A stretch of DNA of 63,999 nucleotides, the filler included, from Piptocephalis cylindrospora (Eukaryota), in assembly GCA_003614145.1 (NCBI GenBank). It is 8 parts of 8 records of this genome, joined end to end, with 100 filler letters (N's around TTAATTAATTAA, not from the genome) between each part and the next. Parts side by side here need not be neighbours in the genome. Positions count along the whole stretch, not along the records: positions 8,230 to 16,327 come from KZ988169.1; positions 16,428 to 24,515 come from KZ988170.1; 6 more parts are not named here. One strand, 5' to 3'. Under the pieces are notes generated by a model. The model was given only the letters and a program-made list of their open reading frames with translations. It was not told the DNA's origin and searched no databases. The translations under genes were made by a program, and so were the position numbers. Position 1 is the stretch's first letter; every line of letters begins with the position of its first letter. Shown piece after piece: positions 12,475 to 24,615 of the stretch.

Positions 12475-14010
12475 CTACTCAGGTAAAGGAATGGTAGCAG
12501 CCTCCTCCACCAGGCGTCTTCCCTCTTCTTCCCCCTGATTGAGGATGGCCTCATTTCCAGAGGACACGGAGAGATCCTGAAGATTGGATACCAGATCCTC
12601 CACTCCTTTCTTCTTGGCCTCGGGCGAGACGCAGATCATTTCTTCGAGCTCCCGCTCAAGCTCCTCCGCTCCTTCCTCCTCACCATTACCATGGATTCCC
12701 AATCGCATAGCCTCGTCAATCTCCGCATGGTCAGCCAGGGCTTCTTGCATCCTTTCAGCAACAGAGGCCACTCGATCCGGCGTAAGCTTCCCTTGTGTCA
12801 TGATGCCGGACAGCGTAGTAGCTCCAATCTCATAGGCCTGAAGGACCTCTACATCCGAGGTGGCCTCCCGCATCTTCAACCACATGTTCTCTAGCTGACC
12901 TTGTGCACTACATCGATGTTCCAGGATTGAGGTAAGACGATGTTTCCTGCGAAGAGCCATTAAGGCACGGGATTTTTGCTTGGAAGCAACATAGGTCTTG
13001 GCCTCTTCATCCAGTCTGATCATTCAAGAAAAGGTGAATGAGTCTATCGCTGATGCAACTCTATCGCTATCTCTCCCAGGCACTATTGACTCACCTATCT
13101 ATCTGACTCTGAAGTTCATGAACCTGATTATCCACCCGGTCTAATGTGGATCGGACAGCCAGACAGCCTCGATCGGCCTCGGTAATGGGGTCTGGAAAAG
13201 TTCCAGGATGAACGGGAAGTTTAATGAGGTCCACTTTGCCCTGCCCTCGATCCTCTCGCTCCACCCGTACAATCCCTCGTCGCTCAAGGTTCTCCATCAG
13301 GAACTTGACATCTTTGATGCTGAGATTTGCATTGGCCTCTTCCTGCCTCGAGGCCTCGATAAAGTCTTTGAGGGAGTATATGGTATCGGTCACAGGATAC
13401 TTAATCTGACGATGATGGTGTTTCTCCATTACTCCATCGGCCTTTTCCTAAACATGGTCAGGAATGATTAGACGAGGATATGTTGAATGGGTGTTGGGGG
13501 GGGGGGAGAGAGAGAGAGAAATCCAACTTGTCCCCGAGATACCTTGATGAGATGAGTAAGGAGAAGGGGCTGAGTCAAAAATGCCTTGCCATCTTCCCCA
13601 CTCATACCCGCTTGGTCTAGTACCCAGGAAGCCGACGGCTTTACCACCCATTCAATTGCCCAACCTGTCCAAGAGGCCTCGTTCTTCCAGGTTGTTTCCG
13701 TGATCAAATCCCCCTGGGACACCATCTCCCCCAGGACACAGCCAATCCCTTGGGGCTCCCCGAGACCAGCTGCCACACACGCCTCTACAAGATTCGTGCC
13801 CTGTACACTGAACCTTCCAGGACCTGGGAGTATGCCCATCCTAGCCGCCTGCAGGATATGTCTCCTCCACCAAGCCACATTGCTTTTGAATCCATCCGGG
13901 TTAACCAGACGAGAGATGCATAGAGGACCAAATAGTGCCTTGGCCCTAGCTTTCGACCGACTATACTCGACATCTTCTGCAATCAATTGAGTGAATGAGG
14001 TTGGAGTCAT
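12475..14010 (-). CDS. CHMP7: CHMP7/Chm7 (ESCRT-II/III hybrid, Snf7 family), 3 exons
   Basis: N-terminal NPDGFKSNVAWWRRHI winged-helix region. C-terminal Snf7 domain ALMALRRK..QLEN..VLQAYEIG..ELERELEEM. Confidence 0.85.
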
Positions 14011-14442
14011 CCTTAATGGAAGGGAGGAAAGATGGAGATGGTTGTGTGTGAGGATGAGGATGAAGCTGGGATATTACCTGTACCCAACGTCATCCACGTT
14101 TCATCTAGTCATGCATTGACGCATGTATTCTATCTTAGTGGATGATCGGCTTTATTTAAAGAGCTTAACGTGATATTTTTTCATATCATCATTGTCCTAC
14201 ATGAGTAATAAGGGGATGGGTGTATTAAGTCACCATGATCTAGGATAGAGCGGATTTATTCAAAGTATAGCTCTACACTCTTCTATAATCAGGGGCCCGA
14301 ATGGGCCAGAAAATGGGGATCTATTTTGAGTTCACTAACCACTCCCCACACATCATTCCTGCCTTGTTTCCCTTCAATCCACTCGGCGTTATCCACCCAT
14401 CCTACCTTGACCACCTTCTCCCCCTCTCCTACTCAAGCGAAC

Positions 14443-16327
14443 ATGGCAGCCCCAGAAGCTGCACCTGCTCAAGGAAACCCGGAAGCTCAGGCCGCTCCAG
14501 CTGGTCAGGGCCAGTGGAACTTTCAAAGCATCATGACCATGGCGATGCGTGTCATCATTGGCTATTGGTTCATCATGAGCATGATGGGAGGCAGTCAGGA
14601 AGAGACCAAGGCACCTACCGAGGGAGAGAAGGGTGACTCGAGTTCGAGCGCCACTACCACGTCAACTGCCATTCCCAGTCAGCTATATCCTCTATGGCCC
14701 TTCCAAACCGAGATGGTGAGTGCCCTGACGCGTTTATACTGGCCTCTAAGCCATAGCTCAACCCCTCTCTCCCCCCTACGCACTAGGACTTGTCCGTCTA
14801 CATCTCTGAGCAAGAGGACTTTAAGGTTCGGGAGGGATATGAGGCTTCCGACCTAGTTTGGCAAGCGAAGGACATTGTCATGGGTAATGGGTCTGAACAT
14901 CGACTTGCCCATCTGGACATTCCCATTTCCACCAAAGTTCAGCATAACGCCTCCCTCTTTGCCCACATCTATCTGGCGAGGAAAGGTGTTTCCTTGGATG
15001 AGCATAGTTCTTCCCACCAACGGGATGCCGTGGTGCACACCATGACCCCACTGATCCACTATCTACAACGCCCAAAGATTATCCAACGTACCAACCTCAT
15101 CCTCGGTGATTCACAGGAGACTGAGGAAACTGAGCATGAAAAGGAAGAGAACGCATCCAAGGAGGAAAAAAAAGAGGAAGAATCCCCCATCATTTCCTAC
15201 TGGTGGGGCAACTTGACGGTGAATATTCTAAATGAAGCAGGCTCCATTCCCTTTGGACAGCTCACCCCTAATGTTCGTCAGCGTAAGTCTTACATCTTGG
15301 TTGGGCGCGTACCATCGCCATTATCGTCCTTAATAACTCTTAAATTCACGTTTAGTATTCCAGTTGGACCCGCTTAACCGAACTACTTCCTCTGGAAAGG
15401 CTCACATGTACATGCCCTTGATCTATCCCAACGACTTTTGGCGTCTGCGGGATCACATGATCCCCGTCAATGAAACTTTGACGTGAGTAGAGAAGTGTGC
15501 ATGAGCCCAGCGTGCATTTACTCATCTTCTCATGCCATTCCTTCTCCCATGCATCAAAGCTCCCTCCCACTACGTGTTGAATACTACCCCTTATCCATGA
15601 TCAAACTTCAGATGTACGAGCAGCTCGGTGATAGTCTGCAGAAGCAGCAAAGTTTTTATGGCGGATCATCCGGTGAGACCGATGAACTCAAGGTGAGTTT
15701 TACTCTCTTTGCATTTACCCTTCCTTTTCCTCAAACAACCTACTCCATCAGAGAATGCTCTTAGAGACCAACCCATGGATCTTGGCATTTACTATCCTTG
15801 TTACTACCCTGCATAGTCTCTTTGATATGCTGGCCTTCAAAAATGACATTGCCTATTGGAAACAGAAGAAGGATCAGGTGGGTGTTAGTGTCCGGAGTAT
15901 CCTTCTTAATGTGGGGTTCCAAGCCGTCATCTTCCTTTATCTTTTGGATAATGAGAAGAGTACCTCCTGGATGATCCTCATTAGCCAAGGCATTGGCTTG
16001 GTCATTGAACTGTGGAAGGTGACCAAGGCATTGAACATCAAGGTAATTATTAACTATTAATTATATTTTTCTTCTATAAATGATAATACCCACGTCCTCA
16101 CTTCTTCCATTTCCATGCAGCTCACTCGTAGGGAAGGCGGAAGGATGGCCATCCATGTAGAGAGAAAGGAAAAGGCAGACATGTCTGAAACGGAAAGTAA
16201 GACGGCTCAGTACGATGCAGAAGCCTTCAGATATCTCTCCTGGATTGCATATCCTCTTTTAGCAGGCTATGCTTTGTACTCCCTACTCTACGATACCCAT
16301 AAATCCTGGTACTCCTTTGTCCTCTCC
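14443..16327 (+). CDS. CLPTM1: CLPTM1 family membrane protein (lipid scramblase), multi-exon, 3' truncated
   Basis: VQHNASLFAHIY, IYPNDFWRLRDHMIPVNET, LLETNPWIL..LHSLFDMLAFKNDI.YWK, YSLLYDTHKSWYSF. Confidence 0.93.
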
Positions 16328-16539
16328 NNNNNNNNNNNNNNNNNNNNNNNNNNNNNNNNNNNNNNNNNNNNTTAATTAATTAANNNNNNNNNNNNNNNNN
16401 NNNNNNNNNNNNNNNNNNNNNNNNNNNGGGCGGTTGGTGTGGGGGGGGGGGGTGGCGGGGGGGGGGGTGTGGGGGGGGGGGGGGGTTGGGGGGGGGGGGG
16501 GGGGCGGGGGGGGGGGGGGGGGGTCCCGGGGGGGGGGGG

Positions 16540-16824
16540 GCTTTCCTGGAGGCGGCTTCGGTGGCGGTGGAGGTCATTCCTTCCACTTTGGATAGACGTG
16601 TGTTGATTGCCATAGACACCATGGCTTCTCAGGAGCAGCTTGAATACCATTTGAATTGGGGATGGGTATCTAAGAGTGAACAAGTAGAACACTCTTTTGT
16701 TATGCAATTGGCACGAGTTTTCTATGCCTTGACAATGTTTTGTACCGTGATGTATGTTTATCTGGGGGCCTTTACGATGATCGCAATGGTATCCTGGATG
16801 GCAAGAGGGAGAGGGCAGAGATGA
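16540..16824 (+). CDS. C-terminal fragment of an unidentified membrane protein
   Basis: Open frame after the poly-G stretch, ending in a hydrophobic helix (VFYALTMFCTVMYVYLGAFTMIAMVSW). Confidence 0.4.
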   Translation, partial: AFLEAASVAVEVIPSTLDRRVLIAIDTMASQEQLEYHLNWGWVSKSEQVEHSFVMQLARVFYALTMFCTVMYVYLGAFTMIAMVSWMARGRGQR

Positions 16825-16960
16825 GTGTTTGTTCATTCCTTTTCACATGGGAGGATCCTTAGACGTGGGAGAATACCGCAAATTCTACCCGATCATTTCC
16901 AGTAAAGACGTGTGATTTGATCTACATTACACCACTCCTCCACTTCCCATCGCCTTGTAT

Positions 16961-17179
16961 CTATTTGGGATCAGCAAGAGCGCCCGTAGTCTCTAGGTGA
17001 AAGAGTGCGTTTCTGCTGTAGTTACTCCAGATGGAGGAGACGGTGGCGATTTCACGATTGCTTTCGTTGATGTCGGCAAGACGACCATTCAACTCCTCCA
17101 TCACCTCGTTCAGCTTGCGGACATTGTGGATGACTCGGCGGATCAGAACCATTTGCTGTTCATCGTGGGGGTTTTCCAT
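16961..17179 (-). CDS. DAD4: DASH/Dam1 complex subunit Dad4
   Basis: MENPHDEQQ..LIRRVIHNVRKLNE...WSNYSRNALFHLETTG, 72 aa. Confidence 0.93.
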   Translation of the reverse strand: MENPHDEQQMVLIRRVIHNVRKLNEVMEELNGRLADINESNREIATVSSIWSNYSRNALFHLETTGALADPK

Positions 17180-17734
17180 CTGCATGGGGCTGATAAAGTG
17201 GAGAAGAAGAGGAGGGAAGAGGCGGAATGCTGATTTTAGACTTTACTGCGGGCTTCGCCTTGAATGTTGACCTTTTGTCCTAGGGCTCGCGTTGTACGCG
17301 CATCTCGCTGGCAGCAACGCCCTCTGAGTGTATGAATGGGGTCATTATGGCAGTCTGTCCACACGGTTCAATTCATCGAATACTGCTATTCCTGAGTCGC
17401 TTCATCCTGATTTTTGAAGGGTTTTAACGGACTTTCGACGCCTCAAATTCCTCTCCCTACCAACTCCGCCCAAAGTGGGTCACGTCCCCTCTCCCGACTT
17501 GGCGCGCATATCCTCACCACCTTGTCTCTGCATTGCCTCCCGCATCCTATCCCACCGTCCTTGATCCTTCCTTTTCCTTTACCTTATCCTCACCCGGCAC
17601 ACCTGCCTGCCATTCTCTCATATCTCATCCCATCCATCCCATCCTATCCCACTCCGCTCCCTTCTCTCATCCAACCACCCCTCCTCTTTTACTTCATCTC
17701 CCCTCCTTTGTCTTCATATCCCACCCGTGGCCTC

Positions 17735-20700
17735 ATGTTGTCGGACGCTCAGTTCACCGACTCCCAGGTCGATCTGCTCCTCCCACTCCTGGATCCGGCC
17801 GTGAAGGAACCCACTATTGAGGATATTCTGACCGCTCCTGAAAGGCCCTACGCTCTTTATGGTGGGTGCGCTTGATATGAACCTTCCCTTTCCCTTTCCC
17901 ACTCACCCTGCGCATCTTGCTTGATAGACGAACAGTTGATCTTTTACTTGATCCTACGTCTCCCAGACTTGCCTGAGGCCACTTCCTCGGCTCTGGAGAG
18001 GATCGCAGAAGACCCCTCCGTTGCTCCTGGAGCATCCGAGGATCACTCCTCCTCGATTGTCCCACTCCAGCAGGATCTATTCAAAGGCCTGACGCTCTCA
18101 GTGGAAAGCCTCGTCACAGAAATGACCAACCCGAACACTGGAGCTGGAAACCCCATGCATGGACAGCCCTTTTCTCCCTTTCTGGTCGCCCCAACCCCGC
18201 TTTCTCCCTTTGCGCCTCCTCCCCGACGATCCTCCTCCATCACCTCCCCCTCTCATCTTCCCCCGCCCCCAAGGGTCAATTCCATCTCACCTTCTGGGGC
18301 TCATGGTACCCCCGCAGGCCCCTCCTACATCCGAAGACGACCCAGCTTTCAGTCCGTCATAGATGCCGAGGGTTCTGGGAGCGGAGTGGTGAGTGCGGGC
18401 CTGGAGGAGACTCGTGTGTCGGCCCGGAACCTTGAGCATGTGGAGAGGAAGAGTCGGAGATGGATCGGTCGGTCCGAGGGTGGAAAAGGTGGATGGGTGG
18501 TGGCGTGGGAGGTGAAGATGGAGCTGGATTATGTCAAGAGCGCTTCCGGAAAATCCCAGAATCTCACTCTGACCCTCAACATGGCCAAGGAGCGTCAGAC
18601 CCACTGGATTACCCCAGGCCTTGTCCCCTCCTCTGGCCATTCGGGTCAAAGGACCCTTCCCCTCGAGGAGGGAGAGGGTGGGGGGGAGGAGGGTGTTATG
18701 GTCACTCCCGCTACCCCCTTAAGCTCCACGGCAGACGCCGGTATCCTTATGGGCCGTCGTTCCCCTTCACCCACCCCGTCCAATGCCTCTATTGAGTCGG
18801 CCCCCGCTTCTGCTACACCTGGAACGACTCTCAGACCCGAGCTTCCCTCTTCCTCCTCGGATGCCGGGGGGAGGAAAACATCCCTACTCAGTGTACTAAC
18901 CAGTCGAAGCACCGACTCCCTCGTTTCCGAGGGCCTTTCCGCCATCCATGCCCTTCACCAGCACATCTCCCCACCCTCTTCGCAGACCGCCTCAGTCACA
19001 GAGCATGAAGTGGAGGATCCGAATGCCTCCACAGACGACCGGGGAATGGGGGCTGGGCTTCTCGAGGGATTTCGCGCNNNNNNNNNNCGGGCGTGGAAGG
19101 ACTGGCCTTGGTCATGCCAAACAGCCCTCCCAAGCCTCGAATCCTTCTAAGGATACGATCAAAGAACGTTCCGACTCTGGATCTAGTTCAGAGAGCAGAG
19201 TGAAAGGGGGCCGGGAGGGATCAGGTAGCCCGGATAGAAAGAGGATCGAGGAGGACGCGGATGAAGACGAGGAGGGAGGCCAGAGTGATAAGGATAAAGG
19301 ATCGGGGAAGCGTCAATCCCAGCAATCCCTCATTAGGCCCGGAGGAGCCCCCTCTTCCCTGGGCCGTCGACCCAGCATCAAGGAGGCCCCCGCCCTATTC
19401 CGTCGATCCGTGAGACGCCTACTCCCTCTTCGATACTCCGTTTCCTTTGGTGTTACCTCTACCTGGAGCTCCCTTTTGGCGAACACCATGNNNNNNNNNN
19501 ATCCCCTCCACCTGGACCTCCCTTCTGGAGAACACCATGCTTCTTTCCGTTGATCTGGCCAATGAAAAGGATGCAGGCCATTCCTATATCCTCTATGGGG
19601 TAGACGTGGAGATTGCTAATGCGGCTGTTCGATATCTGGGTGAGCGGATCGTGGAACACGATGTATGTCCTTTCTGTAGATAATCTGGTGGGGAAGTTCA
19701 TGGGCAAAGGACGCACTCATCCCTTCCTTTTACAAACCCCATAGCCAGTCAAGGTGGGACCACGGGAACAGTATTCGGCCATTTATCATGTAAAGCTTCT
19801 GGAAGAAGGGACAGTGCCTACTCCGATGGCTCCATCTACTACACCAGCGCATGCAAACGGGGCCCTTCCTCCTCGTTCCCCCATGTCGGGAAGTATGATG
19901 TCCCCCATGTTCTCCCCTACCCCGGTCAATCCTCATTTACGGGAGGTGACCATTCAATTGGATGGTGCTCCCTTTCATGGGGAGGCTGGGATGGACCGGA
20001 GAACTCGGTCCCAATGGTGCTTCCCCCTAGATGTGAGTGATGCGGAGAAACGCCGGGTCCAGGAACTCTTCAAGGGCAATGGTCCGAGAACTCGTCTGGT
20101 CTGGCCCCCTCCCCCTACCCCCATGCCTGTATCGGGGATGGGTATGGGCCTTCCCAGTTCTGGGATGGGATCCCCCCGGATGCTACCCTTTGGGCAGCAA
20201 AGGAGGCCAACGGTAGTACGGGCCATCAGTGAGGATGGGATGGAGGGGATGAACTCTGGGTCGGGTCCTGGGTCGGCCCCTGGATCCATTCGGGGCGGGA
20301 AATCCGGGCTGGGGCCTGGGGTGGGCCCAGGGAACCTTAGGGTACGGACCGGAGGACTTGGAGTCAATGGACCCGGGAACCTTTCCCCCCTGGCCAGGCC
20401 CTCCTCTCCCCTTGCCTCTCCATCCGGCGTTGGGGCGGGTCAATATCCCACCCCTACCTCGGCAGCCTTACGGAAGAAGGCCTTTACCCTTGTGGGTGGC
20501 AACTCGGCCCAGGCCATGTCGACAGCTGGAGTGGTGGGTTCAGCACCTGGGGTACAAGGTGCCACGGAGTTTGGCGGAGGAGTTGTCGTCTCCTTTTCTG
20601 GTAAGGGGGAGAGCAATCGATGTCTGTGCTTGACGTGATGGTCGAGGAAGGTTTTTATTTGAAGATCTCTCATCACCCTCATCCTCCTATGTAGTGACGG

Positions 20701-21318
20701 GAAAGGTGGTGCATGGAAGGATGTTTTCCGTCGAGGCTTTCCTGGTGAATCGTAGTGCTAGGATTAAGAATTTTACCGTGAGCGTCCCCTCTAGGCAGCG
20801 AGGTCAACGCCGGACCACGGCTGCCCCACCTCATCTCCAGATTGGGACCAAGAGGTGAGGGATTTTTAGTGGACATAGGGGTCATGGGATCTGTCATACT
20901 CATGAAATTCACGGACCATTTCACCTCTTTAGAGAAAAGGTCCATTCTACGGAGATGGGGGGACCGACCCATGGGATGAAGATTGGGACAGGAGAGATGG
21001 TGACACGGTATGTCGAAGGTCAAAAGAACGATGCAAGTCTCCTGAGCATGGATACCCATGTTCGACTTAGGTAGGTGATCTATGTGCTGTTATACTGGAG
21101 GGATGGATGTATCCTTGTTCTCACTGCCCCCGCAACCATCTTTATCGGGTAGCCCCCTCATGCCTGCAAGCTGCCAATCGGTCCATTTACGATTCAAGCC
21201 ATTCCGAGAAGGATTTAACATGGTCGAGTTGATCCAGCTGTACGACAATGATACGGGGACCATTACCAGTCTACGGGATGTGGTTGAGGTTTATGTGCAT
21301 CCCGTGGAGATTTCCTAA
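17735..21318 (+). CDS. TRS65: TRAPPII subunit Trs65-like protein, multi-exon, with two internal N gaps
   Basis: N-terminal PER..ALYDEQL.FYLILR. C-terminal VVVSFS..FSVEAFLVNRS and HVRLSPLMPASCQSVHLRF.P..EG...LIQLYD. Confidence 0.7.
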
Positions 21319-21557
21319 CCGATGCGTGGGGTCAAGATCCGCCAGATCCTAGTCGAGTGCGGTCCATCCATGGAGGCAAGGAAGGGTCAATCCGTGTGTG
21401 TGTGTGTGTCTGTGTGTGTGTCTGTGTGTGTGTGTGGTAGGGAGGAGGGGAGAGGGATTAGAGTTTGCACTTATCGCCAGCAAGGATCAATACACCCTGT
21501 ATTCCACTATTGCATCGACGACCACGTTCACACTCTCCATCTCCCCTGTTTGCCCGT

Positions 21558-22091
21558 CTAAGAACTGAGATTGATGGCAGAGATACGGAGGAGGGTATGC
21601 CGGTGCTTAAAGAGGTATCGACGATGGTAGTTTTTCCGCTTCTTGAACTTGGTAATGGTAATTTGGGAGCTGGAAGGATGCTCGATGACGGTGGCCTGAA
21701 CGGAACAGTAGGACGGATCGAGAAGGGGGGAGCCCTTGAGGGTGTAGTCCTGGGATCCTACTTCCCGGATACGGTCTAGTCGGAGGGTGTCACCGACGCG
21801 TAGGTCGTTGGCCCGCGACAGGATGACAATATCGTTCCGGGTGACGAGATAGGGGCGGCCAACCAGTTCCACCACTGCGTAATGTCGAGTTTGAGATCGA
21901 AGGTGCTCCAGGGCCCTCTTGATGGGGGATACGGGCGTTGCTGCTGAGGGGGTTTCTGGGGTCGAGGGGGGATGGGCTAGGGTGGGGATGGCGGCTGGGG
22001 CGATGTGGGCCAGGGTCCGGGTGGTAGAGAGGGTGGTGGTACGGGCCGTACGGGCCCAGAGACCCTGGGCAGCGCGTAGTAGCGAAGACAT
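21558..22091 (-). CDS. MRPL21: Mitochondrial ribosomal protein bL21m
   Basis: YAVVELVGRPYLVT.ND, VGDTLRLDRIREVGSQDYTLKG.P, KFKKRKNYHRR..HRHTLLRI, and an Arg/Thr-rich presequence. Confidence 0.93.
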   Translation of the reverse strand: MSSLLRAAQGLWARTARTTTLSTTRTLAHIAPAAIPTLAHPPSTPETPSAATPVSPIKRALEHLRSQTRHYAVVELVGRPYLVTRNDIVILSRANDLRVGDTLRLDRIREVGSQDYTLKGSPLLDPSYCSVQATVIEHPSSSQITITKFKKRKNYHRRYLFKHRHTLLRISAINLSS

Positions 22092-22350
22092 GAGGCTGGA
22101 TGGGATGTGATGGGAGGGGGATGAAGAGGAGGGGGAAGAGGAGAGTGACTCTGGTGAGGATGGATGGGGACGCTGTTGAGGACTAGAAAGACATGGAATA
22201 TTAGGATGAATTCGGACTTTTTTTTGTCAGAATTGTGCTTTATTTTTATCTTGAGATTCTGGGTATGAAAGCGCGATGTATACTAGTTAATGATGGTTCC
22301 AACTCTATTTGATCCATCTGCCTTCCTTTGAATAACTAACGCGACCAAGA

Positions 22351-23326
22351 ATGAACGTTTTTCGCTTTGCCCCACGGTTCATGACACGGCTTTCCGGGGC
22401 GGGTACGGTTCCCGTCAGATGGGCCGTTCCCATGCTGGGTAAGGTAAGGATGAGGAAGAGAGAGAGAAAAGGCCAAAGAGAGCGAGCCACTCAGTCAGAA
22501 TCGCATTCTTCGACATGGCTTAGACGAATCTAGCCTCCAACGCACTCCTCCCCCGTCGTCCACTTGGACCCGTGTCCCTCAGTGGATACGACATTTCCAG
22601 AGGTTATGCCAGTAAAAAGGGCAAAAAGGCCGGCAAAGGCAAAAAAGCGTCTGGGGAGGCCGAGGAGGCAGACGAAGCGCCCTCGGGATCCATGGCTGGA
22701 GGGAGTGTATTTGATGCAAAGGCCCTAGAGGCGCGGATGGCCGAATGTATTGAACATCTCAAGAAGGATTTCGCGGCTTTGCGCGTCGGTCGGGCCAATC
22801 CACGTCAGTGTCTTTCCCTGGACTCATGGATGGATGCGAGGGACTAAAAGACAGGATCACTTACCCTCCCTTCCCACCATTAGGCTTACTGGACTCGGTC
22901 ATGGTCCGTGTGGAAGGGGAGATGATGCCGTTACTTAGCGTGAGTCGGGTCTCCACCAAGGACCCCTTGACCCTCTTTGTCAGTGTCCATGACCCTGATC
23001 ATCTGATCAGTGTGGATAAGGCCATCCGAGAGGCAGGGATGGGGCTGAACCCAAGGGTGGAGCGAGGGGTTGTACTGGTGCCTGTGCCCAAGATGACCAA
23101 GGAGCTCCGAGACCAGTCGGTCAAGGAGGCAGGAAAGGCCGCTGAGGCCGCTCGTGTCGCCGTACGAGCTGTGCGCCAGGCGGGGATGAAGCAGGCCAAG
23201 GCGGCCAATGCCTCCAAGGATGATCAGCGCAAGGATGAGAAGCGAGTGCAAAATTTGACTGATGGTTCTATTAAGGACATTGATGGGCTCCTCAAATCCA
23301 AGACCCAGGATATTAGTCAGTCTTAG
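22351..23326 (+). CDS. RRF1: Mitochondrial ribosome recycling factor, 3 exons
   Basis: LKKDFAALRVGRANP/GLLDSVMV, IREAGMGLNP, VPVPKMTKELR, ARVAVRAVR, plus a presequence. Confidence 0.9.
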
Positions 23327-23390
23327 GTTTGGGGGTGGGATGAGAATAGAGTCTTGATCAAGCCCTGTCCATTGTGTCACCCATGCCCTC

Positions 23391-23816
23391 TCAGGAGGGA
23401 GGAGAGGAGGAGGCGGGGGCGGAGAGATGGTGCAAGGATGGTTGCTTCTCCCACTCTTGGCCATTGAATGGGACGACCTGGATGGAAGGAAGGGTTCCAG
23501 GGTCGATGCATCGAAGATTAAGACTCACTCCATCCGGATTGCTTCGGGGCACATAGTAGCTCTGGACCCCACAGACCCGGCAAAAGAGATGTTTTGCTGT
23601 GTGGGTGTTGAAGGTGTATGTGGTCAAGAAATCTTCGCCCTGGATTAGACAAAAGAGGTCCTTAGGGACAATGACATGGATAGCGCCTTTTTTGGCGCAG
23701 ACCGAGCAATTGCATTCCAGGGCCGTTGTGGAGGAGGGCTCACCGAATCTGTAGCGGACCGCACCGCAGTGGCACCCACCGGTATGCGGGAGGGAAGATG
23801 CGTCCTGGGAGGCCAT
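23391..23816 (-). CDS. GFA / CENP-V family (Mss4-like) Zn protein, intronless
   Basis: HTGGCHCGAVR, ECNCSVC.KKG, TYTFNTHTAKHLFCRVCGVQSYY.PRSNPDG, FNGQEWE. Confidence 0.92.
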   Translation of the reverse strand: MASQDASSLPHTGGCHCGAVRYRFGEPSSTTALECNCSVCAKKGAIHVIVPKDLFCLIQGEDFLTTYTFNTHTAKHLFCRVCGVQSYYVPRSNPDGVSLNLRCIDPGTLPSIQVVPFNGQEWEKQPSLHHLSAPASSSPPS

Positions 23817-24615
23817 GGTATGAGATGGAGGTATGGGATGGTCACCAGGGAAGGGGAAGGGGGGAGGGATGATGGATTGTTGAGGAAAGGGACATTTACC
23901 GCAGCCAGGATCAAAGGTAAGAAGGTTTAAATAGACTTGGGGAGCATCGATCATCAACACCAATGACTCAAGATTTAACAAAGCCACGTCATGTGCTTGA
24001 CTGGCTGGGAATGAATGGGTGTGTGGGGCTGCTTTGCAACGGAAACGCGTGCATACATCGGGAGCCTTTCGTCTGGCCTCTTGGAATAGCCGCGTCTATA
24101 AAATACTCCTTTGATGGGGTGATCCAGCGAGTCCGGGCTAGGAAGATTCATCCTCATCCCTGCGCCATGGTCTGTGCTCATCTGTGTTCGGGGAACTTTC
24201 CCCTTCCCCTTCCTAAAAACAGTTCTCATTGTTGTGTTGTGTTGCAAATCCATCGTTCTGAGACGCCTTTTTTAAAAATATCTAAAATTTGTTTTTCCAT
24301 CCATTTTTCAAACACTCGCGTCCCACTTTTTTTTCCTCCTACCCCTTTCTTATCCTGGGGGGGAACGCGCCCGCGCCCCATCCATCACTCCGACCATCCA
24401 CTCTATGTATCCCTAATGATGTTCGGCGCCACACTTTCCCGAGCTCTCACAGCCCAGATTCCCCCCCCCCCCCAGAGGTGTCTCTGTGCTGTGTGCTGTG
24501 TGTGTGCATCCTCACNNNNNNNNNNNNNNNNNNNNNNNNNNNNNNNNNNNNNNNNNNNNTTAATTAATTAANNNNNNNNNNNNNNNNNNNNNNNNNNNNN
24601 NNNNNNNNNNNNNNN

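Noticed and set aside
16428..16540. Poly-G tract giving poly-Pro/poly-Gly ORFs or a G-quadruplex (similar tracts at 48900-48996 and 52115-52215)
   Set aside because: Low-complexity sequence, mostly at contig ends; probably poor base calls.
8230..21318. Apparent clustering of TRAPPII genes Trs120 and Trs65
   Set aside because: They lie on different contigs; adjacency results from concatenation.
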